DNA of 63,969 nucleotides, counting the filler, from Phoronis australis (Eukaryota; Animalia; Phoronida), in the NCBI GenBank assembly GCA_002633005.1. It is 9 parts of 9 records of this genome, joined end to end, with 100 filler letters (N's around TTAATTAATTAA, not from the genome) between each part and the next. Parts side by side here need not be neighbours in the genome. Positions count along the whole stretch, not along the records: positions 50,830 to 54,452 come from NMRA01002936.1; positions 54,553 to 57,295 come from NMRA01003452.1; positions 57,396 to 62,173 come from NMRA01002487.1; positions 62,274 to 63,969 come from NMRA01002111.1; 5 more parts are not named here. One strand, 5' to 3'. The notes below the pieces were generated by a model. That model was not told the DNA's origin, did not search any database, and saw only the letters and a program-made list of their open reading frames with translations. A program made the position numbers and the translations under genes. The first letter of the stretch is position 1. Each line of letters begins with the position of its first letter. Positions 52,606-63,969 of the stretch are shown here, piece by piece.

Positions 52606-53728
52606 CTAGTTCAAGCTCCTCAGGAGAGTCTATGTCACTCTTGACAATTTGGTTTTGAAAGACAAGCTCTTCGAAGTCGTCTGCTAGAATTACAGGTATG
52701 ATGTTGTTCACCCGTCGTCGTTCAGCCTCGCCCTTGATCAATCTCTCCAATTCCAAATAACTTCTGGGCACCTGTAAATCATGATCTTGCCTTGAAAACT
52801 GATACTAGCAATTTTAAACAACACTTACTTTAAATAATTTGTGTTTATTAGGTCACACGATGTGGCCTACAGGTGGTGTGTAGACCAGACTTAAAAATGC
52901 TTGTTATCTATATTTCCACACCTGTTCAAGATTTATAACAAAATATTTACTTCGGTCCATTAAAACATGACTTGTAAAAAATGCTCTTCTCACAGCATTT
53001 TCTGACACAAGCCATGGTGACGACGCACAGGAAATTCACTGAACTATTTATTACCACACCGTACAAATCAAATTTTACAGAGAATTTGTACTTATTTAAT
53101 GCTAAAATTATGAGTTGGTAACTCCAATTTTTAACATTGATCTGGAACACAGTTGTTCTTTTATTGGTTGCTAGCCTCTTCAGGAGCCAGTGCACAAAAA
53201 CAGAACCGTTTCAAAATTTTGTTAATTTTTGCTGACTTAAAAATTTCTTACTCGCTTTAGCAACTGTCGCATTGATCAAAGACACCATGCTGGTAACTTA
53301 CTAACATCGCCTTAGACCGCTGATTTTATCGTTTTCAAGACAATCAGACCCACCATAAACACATAGTATTTGAATAGTTCGTGAAAAGTACACACAGTAG
53401 AAATTTGAAAATCGGACAAGAAATGTGACTTTTACGACCGAAAATGTTTAATGTTGGCATAATGTGTTCCTCATTAACTCTACTGGGTGTGCAACAAAAT
53501 TGAGCCAATTACCAAACCACCAGGCAGCAGTTGGATTTTGAGGTTAGCCAAGTGTCATCGTACAATTCTTGGCATGACAAGTGCATCTCACCAAACCAGC
53601 AACTATTACCTTTCTACTAACAAGAGTTTGGTTCCGACAGCCAATGTCTTCCAGGTTCACTGCCGTGTTGTACAACAGTTCTCTCAACTCCGTGATACCT
53701 GTCTTTGTAGTTGCAGACACAAATGCCA
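52606..53728 (-). CDS. LRRK1: LRRK/ROCO protein, Roc-COR junction, two exons: complement(53610..53728) and complement(52606..52771)
   Basis: AFVSATTKTGITELRELLYNTAVNLEDIGCRNQTLVSRK|VPRSYLELERLIKGEAERRR...DIDSPEELEL resembles the LRRK1 stretch VSC...GLRQLI...RLIPRSYLSL...RR...DI.D.EDL. Phases are compatible. The second exon ends at an AG|GCAAG donor. The exact paralog is uncertain. Confidence 0.75.
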
Positions 53729-56700
53729 CTACAATGATTTAAAAGCACTGGTCAGAAAATTGGTCTCTTGTACTGCATATCGCCAAATGTTTGTAGAGCA
53801 GAAGTGATGACTGACAGCTTTCTATTTAATGAAAAGTATTACTGAGTGATGCCCAAGTGCTGATCATAGCAGAAATGAATCACAATTAAATCAGCTGATT
53901 TTACTAATTTAAAAAATAGTTCCGAACAAATTTGAGAAAAAAATTTTATCAATTGTTTTAACTGCTCAAGGTAACTGCTACTTTTGTTACAAATGGCCAC
54001 ATTTCCCCATGTGACTGGTTTTTTAAATATTTTCCGGTCACAAAAACCATCAATTTTAGAATCTTTGCAGCATTTTGTGGCAGTCAAGTCAATGAGTTTT
54101 TCTATTAAAAATATCTTCAGAAATTGTGCAAAACTTAAAAATTACATTTTTTTATTATATAATTCCTTTAGACTGGTCTTTCTCAGATTGATGACAGTTA
54201 TTTCAAGGTATTTGACACACCCTCAATTGAATGTAAAGTGCAAAGTAGAAATTCTCAAAAACATAAGTAAAAAGATTAAGACAAACAACTGTCGATGAAA
54301 CACCTTTAACAATCTGAGTGTCACAGCACGATCTTCATCCATGCAATCAGACAAAATGACTAACAATTTCCTGTCATGGAGGCTGGGCAGAAGCCGAGTT
54401 CATGGTCAGAGTAACCTCCCATCATAACCGAGAATGAAGGCGAAAGTAAGCANNNNNNNNNNNNNNNNNNNNNNNNNNNNNNNNNNNNNNNNNNNNTTAA
54501 TTAATTAANNNNNNNNNNNNNNNNNNNNNNNNNNNNNNNNNNNNNNNNNNNNGGGAATCATCTTGGCCAACACTGATGAAAGATTGTGTCCGGCTGAAAT
54601 AAATAACACTGAAAAATGAACACGAATGCTGCTTCAACACTGAACGGATCCCATTCAACGGTTTGGAGATGAAATGACAAGCAGAAGCGTGCCATATGAA
54701 GTATTGAATATTACTAGGTTGCAATTCATCTCAAAAGGAATCAATCTTGATAAGGATTCAAGAACAGTGAGAAACAAAAACTACCTTATAAGACTTATAA
54801 TTATTACTACAGTATGTCTCATTTCAGAGGCGGATCCAGGATTTTGAGTTAGGGGGGGCCAGGGCACGGGAATAACCAGAATTTCGGCAGATACGCGCGC
54901 CCAGCCTAAAATGTGGGGACGCAGAGGCTCCGGAATGTTTGGGGTTGTGGACCTGTTGACTAAAAAAAAGGCAAACGGTGTTTGTTCAGGGCCTGCTTGC
55001 ATGCACCCGAACTCCCAAAAGGTATCTGGTAGAATTTTGGGGGGGGTCATGGCCGGCGTTTGAAGTTCCCCAATATCGGAAACTGGCCATTTTTAACACT
55101 GCGCGTAGCAGGTGATATAACGTCATATCCCCTGTCGTGCGCAGTGTAAAAATGGTCAGCTGCAGTCGGTGTGAGGCATAATTCGCCAAAAGCCTCCAGC
55201 GTATGAAGTTCCTATAGGAGTCTACACCGTCTCTACAGGACAGCTAGAAATGGTGGTCGCCGTCTAGCTGGTTAGCTGGCTACAGCGTGTACAAACCAGT
55301 TGGCTAAACAACTCGTGTTACCTGCTTACATGTTTTTGAGAGCATACCTAGCATCACCATCACCAGATATGTTGTTCAGTTGATAGAAGCAACCGTCCTT
55401 CAAAATAAGAGCTGTTGTACCACCACTGGAACTGGGCAAACTAACAATAGGTACGCTGAAGTCTCCGTCCATAATTTTAGACAGCAAACTGCGCCATCTC
55501 GCGTCGTTTGGTGGTTGTGAGTCTGTTTGCAAATTTGCGCAGTTTGTAGATATGACCCTGACATAAAGCCCAGGTCTAACTATACAGGCGACACTGATTG
55601 GCCGCCTTGGCCGAGCACGAGGCTACTGAAATACGTCGTGCCGCAGGTGGTCAGAAATTTGTTGAACCCGTGGCCCCTGATTTAACAACTTGAATTACAA
55701 TGTTTACTGAAATATTGCTACAAACGTTTCCTGCACTTCGCATAACTGCAGTTATGCTCCAATGAGCCCTCCATGATTTGGCGATGAAGTGGGCAAAAAA
55801 ATTGAAGTCCGCCTCTGAGAAACAAAAAGTTCGAGAAAATGAGACAAAGGTCCACTGAACAAGCACAAACGCACAATTCACAGTGGTACCCCCGTTTTTT
55901 TTTTTGTTTTTTTTTTACCAAAAGGTCCACAACGTCAAGACTGAATTCGAGCCAACCCATATTGAAGGCTGGGTGCGCGCATGTTGACGTCGGCTCACTA
56001 AGTCTCTCGCGACTATCCACGATGCTTGCGCCCGGGCGGGGGGGGGGGCGGGGCTAGNNNNNNNNNNNNNNNNNNNNNNNNNNNNNNNNNNNNNNNNNNN
56101 NNNNNNNNNNNNNNNNNNNNNNNNNNNNNNNNNNNNNNNNNNNNNNNNNNNNNNNNNNNNNNNNNNNNNNNNNNNNNNNNNNNNNNNNNNNNNNNNNNNN
56201 NNNNNNNNNNNNNNNNNNNNNNNNNNNNNNNNNNNNNNNNNNNNNNNNNNNNNNNNNNNNNNNNNNNNNNNNNNNNNAAGTCGGCGCGGTTCGTGGGCCT
56301 AACCTAGTCGTCCCGTTTTTTTTTTTTTTTTTTTACCAAAAGGTCCACAACGTCAAGACTGAATTCGAGCCAACCCATATTGAAGGCTGGGTGCGCGCAT
56401 GTTGACGTCGGCTCCGAAGTCTCTCGCGACTATCCACCATGCTTGCGCCCGGGCGGGGGGGGGGGGCGGGGCTAGTGGCGAATGAGCCACCCCCGGCCCT
56501 CTCCACGCGAAGTGGAAAGAACGGCTTCGCCTGAGAGCGGAACTTACAAAAAGTCCAACTTGAAGAAAGTAGAAAACGAGCCGGACAGACGGCAAGGTAA
56601 AAACTACCGTCGGTGAATGCACGGCATTCATATACATAGCTCTGACGGTACCCCGTTTTTTAGTAAAAGGCCTCTATGCCGCTCAAAAAATTTTTAAGGC

Positions 56701-57495
56701 TGGGTGCGCCCATGACGCTTTAATTCCCATGGTGCGGGCTGCCTGGCTCAGTCACGGTGTTTTCACTAGACGGCAACCGGACCCTCACCCGGCGGGAGTA
56801 GTGGCGATACCTATTAAATGAAAATCTACTGACGAAAACCAGAAGGTCCAACACTAAAGTTCAGATTTTACCTGACCTAGTATAATGAAAAGCGGCGGGT
56901 CCCCGGCAGCCTCTGGCGGATCGGTGGTGGCCGGGGTTAGTCCAGAAAGCATCCGATGACGGCCCGGCGGTATAGTGCCACCAACGCAGGTGGGCCCCGG
57001 AATAGGCCTATTTTGGCAGTCTCAGGTATTGTCTCGGTAATTTGGCATGATGAATTTAAATTGCAGAGAGTTTCAGTGATTTTGTCTACACATCGTCGTC
57101 ACTGATGCTCGATCATGTTGACGTTCCTTAAACTAATTGTCTTCTCCCTCCGCTTCATCCACTAAACCATTGTGTTTGCTTGTATTATGCTTGTTCCAGT
57201 TAAATAGAAAACAATAGAACTGCCCCTCACTTGTATAGCCATGACTAACACCAGTGGCGGATCTACGGGGGGGTTCAGGGGGTTTAACCCCCCCCNNNNN
57301 NNNNNNNNNNNNNNNNNNNNNNNNNNNNNNNNNNNNNNNTTAATTAATTAANNNNNNNNNNNNNNNNNNNNNNNNNNNNNNNNNNNNNNNNNNNNCCATC
57401 ACAGAATTTTAGTGAGTACCGGAACTACTTTTAAGCTATGAATTTTACCGACAACGTTTGTAATACCTAGAGTTGACTATTGAAATAGTTACTTA

Positions 57496-59781
<2,286 letters not shown>

Positions 59782-60054
59782 CTCTGCAATGAAATATGTA
59801 AGGATGAAGGAAAACAATAGTTTGAGTTTCTGAGAACAACTCAGGCAATTTTCTTAAGTATGTGAGCGTTCAGATAATAAATTACTCCACCATTACATTG
59901 ATGACTAAGAAGTAAAAATGGTGGAACTCTAGTATCTATCTCAGTTCAAGTAAGAATACTTCGCTTACTGCTATTACAACTTTACATTGTTAATGGCGAC
60001 TACATCCTGTTTCTCAGAACTGTAATTTAATTGGTGATGAAGACCAAAACTTAC

Positions 60055-60161
60055 CTGTTGGTTGTAGTGGAATAGTTAAGCTGTATCAACTCGTGTACTT
60101 CAAGCAGGTGTAAGGTTGTTTGATGATAACCCTTGCTCACGCTTGCTTTTATAGCCATTGG
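60055..60161 (-). promoter_or_regulatory. Putative tektin core promoter and non-coding first exon
   Basis: Minus strand has CCAAT (60161-60157) and TATAAAA (60153-60147). A donor cag|gtaagt at 60055/60054 pairs with the acceptor just before the ATG exon (59783). Confidence 0.5.
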
Positions 60162-62849
60162 TGAGTAAGAAAATACAGCGGTTGTTTAGATACAAGAAAT
60201 CGATGACCACATCTATTGTTTATCCTGAATGAGTCTCATTCATGTACCCAGAACAAAGTTTTCTATTAATTATCAAGTACCCCTCAAGTGCATGTATAAT
60301 CCATGTGTTTTTAATCATACAGGTTCTTTTGTAAGCATTATCTGATTGTTAACAGGTAGATGGATTAAGGTGTCCATGGGTTTCGGTGGATTGTAAGGCA
60401 GTATCTAGGCAAATATCGATGGGAGACATCTTACGACTCAAGGGGGGGGTTGGCTGATTTAAGATTTTGATAAAAGCTTAAGCTACACACTTGCTGTTTT
60501 TTATTTTTGTACTTGGATTAGCAATCTATAATACAGACGTTGCGTGAGTTATATGATATATTTCACAATGTTTCGTTCGTGGTTCTTTGGATTTTGATGA
60601 ATTATTTAAGTTCGGCATCGGATATCTTGCTCCCCTGACAAAAAATCCACCGATAGCGCTTCCTTATTGGTTTACTGGTAACACGTGGGAGAGTGCCCAG
60701 GGAGATGACTTCAGTCGCTATGGAGCCCACAGTCATGTATAAGACTTATTAATTTCATCAGAAGTCGCACTTTGGTTAGAAACCAACCATCGCGACTGAT
60801 CCGACTGTGAGCAGGCTTTTAGCACAGTTTGTGTCATCATTCTGAAAAAGGTAAGTCCTTTGATTTCAAAAGCAACAAAGTTTGCTTTTATGAAACCCAA
60901 GCCAGCTAATTGTCGGTTATATTGTATTCTAGTAAACCAAAACCTTTTATGAGTTGTTCTAATCTTCTAATCTAGAATTTTAATAGTTGCTAAGCACAGT
61001 TACCATGGTATCACATTGTATTTGATCAAAAATATGCTCGTAGTTCGAACTGTGCAAGTCTTACATATTGATATCTCTGTTTCTCAGAAGCTCAAAATTC
61101 AAAAAAGGGTGAATTTCGGCTGTTTTTTCATTCTAGTGTCCGCTTGTAGCCCCAGCCCAAGTATAACGTTTTAAATTTTTGTCGCTTGTCTCTTAAATTA
61201 CATTTTCTTTTAATATGAAGTACTCCTGTGTCGATCACCTGAATAAGTGTATCTGTGTATCGACACCGATTGAACTTTATAACACAAGAGCTCAGGGTGA
61301 TATCAAATTCTAAAACGTCAAAAAGAGCAGGGACGCAAAGTTGACTCACAAATAAATTCCCCGAGATGTCGCTTTCTGTTCAACATACGCAACCTTACCT
61401 TCTTTCCATCACCAAATGAGATTCTAGTACAAAAGGGATGTATAAATACTAGTTTCTTTACTAACGTACATGTAAGCCTTATCTAACAGGTACCCACTCC
61501 CATATAGATTCCCATATGGGATTCTAACAGCAGAAACTTTGTGGCACTGAACGAGTCTCTTAAATATTACCATCTGTTTATTTATTATTCAATTCATTTA
61601 TTAATCTGAGAATTCATCGAATGTACAAAAGGTGCTTTCGGTGTTAGATTAGATACTTCAGCGTACGTATCTAGCCAGACAACGAATGAAATTGGTGACT
61701 CAGGAATGAAAATGTCACGTTAGAATCTTTACAGAAAGCAGACATCAACCAGTGTTTAAGCTACAGTATTGATATCTGACCAGTTACCGTTATAAAACTC
61801 GTCTCACATTTGTTCCTAATTCAAATGAGAACTCATTTTGGCGAATTAACACCTCGTTAATGACTTTGACCAACCTTGAGCACGAAACAAACACCCGTGG
61901 TGAAGCAACTTGTTGCGATAACAAACTGTCAGTTATCTTTCTAAGCCCACAAATCAACTCTAATTTGACTAACGAATGATTTGAGACCAATTCATAACTG
62001 TAAAGGGTTCAAATCAAAAGTCATCTCTCTTTTTGACCAAAGCAGGGATTGTAGCCGCATTAACTTATACAAGTAAAGTGTTATTTTTTAAGTACTCGCT
62101 TAAAACTAAAGTTGATTAAAGAAATGCCTTTCAGCGAAAAGTAGTACACGTACATTGTCGTAGTAAATAAGACNNNNNNNNNNNNNNNNNNNNNNNNNNN
62201 NNNNNNNNNNNNNNNNNTTAATTAATTAANNNNNNNNNNNNNNNNNNNNNNNNNNNNNNNNNNNNNNNNNNNNTCGCTGATCTCTTGTGTTCAACCCATG
62301 ATGTCACATGGCGGGAAATGTGAAAATTGGTAAAATTGAAAGAGAAATCTAAATTTCGAGCTAATGACACAAAATAATCATGGATTTGGCTAAATTTTAC
62401 GTTATACATTTAGTCTGTGGCCACCGGTAATTCGCAATGTGCAAAAATCCATGGTGTGTACTGTTTAAATATTTTCCAGCAATATTACTGATAGACAGAT
62501 TCTTCTTACATACTGGAACCTGAAGCTTGGCCAGGCATCAAGCTTACCATTACTCTCACAAGTCTACAAAATGCACGCTTCAGACTCGTGCTAATGCAGG
62601 ATTTTCAAGACATCAAAATGTTGATGGAAAAAAGTTTCAACCGTTTTCTTATCACAGACGTGTGCAGTAAAATGACCCATTTTTTCCAAAATCTCACTTC
62701 CATGGAAATTGATACAGACATGAAAATTTTCACAGAAATTCTAGTACTGTGAGTTTCAAAACAAAGTATTCTAGTCCTTTCAACCACATAACTCTGCTGA
62801 CAAAAACCTAGTTCTTAATTGATCACCTGTAATCCCAGACCCACACTGT

Positions 62850-63076
62850 GGCCTACCTTCTTCAGGATCTCCAGACCCATATCACAGCCTACCTGCGGTT
62901 GCTTCAGTTGAAGCAGTTGTTTCTGCAGAATGATATACATTTTCTTCAAGGATCTCCCCACTCTTATCATAGCCTACCTACAATTGCTTCAATTGAAACA
63001 GTTGTATCTACAGACAGACAGACAGACAGACAGATATTTTCTTCAAGGATCTCCACAGACTCATATCAGAGCTTAC
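62850..63076 (-). repeat. Degenerate tandem copies of the BicD exon 3' end plus splice donor
   Basis: Units of about 85-100 bp repeat (plus strand) cctacct..gcttca(g/a)ttgaa..agttgt.tct.caga..gata..ttttcttc, which is the last about 50 nt of the exon and its donor. Confidence 0.8.
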
Positions 63077-63226
63077 CTGCGATTGCTTCAGTTGAAGTAG
63101 TTGTTTCTGCAGACTGATATTTTCTTCTTCCAGTTCACTGTAGTCGGACATGTTGCGGGTATCACGAAACTTGAGCTCTTTGTTCTCTTGACGTAGAGAA
63201 GAGCGCTGAGTCTCCAGCAACTCCAC
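63077..63226 (-). CDS. BICD: Bicaudal D, one internal exon
   Basis: Acceptor ctacag|GTG at 63226 and donor CAG|gtaagc at 63077; 150 nt. [50 protein letters not shown] contains the BicD signature [15 protein letters not shown]. Confidence 0.9.
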
Positions 63227-63969
63227 CTGTAGTTGAAGGAGACAGTTAGCATCCAATGAGAGTTTGCTGCTAGCATCGTTTTCTTAGTTACAAGAACAGA
63301 TTGCTCAGCACAAAAAAATCATTCTCCAGTCATTTCTCCAGTCATTATGAGAGAATATTTAGGAAGGCAATATCACTGCTTTTTTAAACTTTGTCTCCAG
63401 CGTTCGTAACATAGTCACAGGGGGCACAATGGACTATAGTCCATCTGTTCATTGCCAACTATCTGTACTGGTCAAAATTTATTTCAATTTTTTATTCGAC
63501 CCCCCCCTCTCCCTTCACTGCAAAGCACCCTCAGGTTACCACTCATTTCAGCCTCTCCCCGCCAACAATTTTATGTTTGACACCATTACTTCACTGCTGG
63601 AAAAGAATTGGTGAAATTTGAAGATACGGAAATCTACATTCAAATATTTTCTGTGGTTCAAAAACCTGTTTTCCTACAGCAGGTTAAAATTAGTAACTCA
63701 ATTAACTAATGAACAGTTGGAATGAAAATAAAGGTATTCCCCACGTCATACAAAAGCAGTCCCATGTGACCACAGTTTCATTTTCATTTCAAAAACACAA
63801 TTTTCATCTGTTTGCTTTCAAAAAGGTTTTCATCCACGCATATTAATTTTCTTGTCTATACAACAGAAAACACAATTTTCCTATATGCATTTGCAACTAG
63901 TTTGCCATGCAAAGATATCACTACCGTACCATTTTCTGATCCATGCAACTACATTAATTTGACAAAAAA

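Noticed and set aside
55885-56475. Near-identical 170-bp blocks on both sides of the N gap (56058-56277)
   Set aside because: Most simply an unmerged overlap or two haplotypes at a scaffold gap, next to homopolymer runs.

Overview
This is animal (bilaterian invertebrate, probably marine spiralian; inference) genomic DNA, not a contiguous locus. Nine contigs are joined by eight artificial 100-bp N44-TTAATTAATTAA-N44 linkers, and there is one plain N gap. Host genes: a tandem pair of intron-containing MFSD4/NAGLT1-like MFS transporters; 13 exons of a WDR62/MAPKBP1-family WD40 gene; two Roc-COR exons of an LRRK-like gene; six coding exons of a tektin-3/5; and one Bicaudal-D exon. The rest is mobile DNA and tandem repeats: hAT, HERO-type, L1/Tx1, Ingi/I-type RNase H, Penelope-like, Kolobok-like, Harbinger MITE and HINE-like elements. 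The most interesting item is the 3' half of a Gypsy-type LTR element. It reads integrase, then a decayed baculovirus-F-like envelope gene, then an intact extra 133-aa ORF that looks like a retropepsin with DTG replaced by DPS, then a polypurine tract and the 3' LTR. Also notable are a Penelope-like fragment with an inverted pair of hammerhead-ribozyme pLTRs, and three cases of tandem duplication of exon edges that carry splice sites. All family calls come from motif recognition by eye, without database searches.
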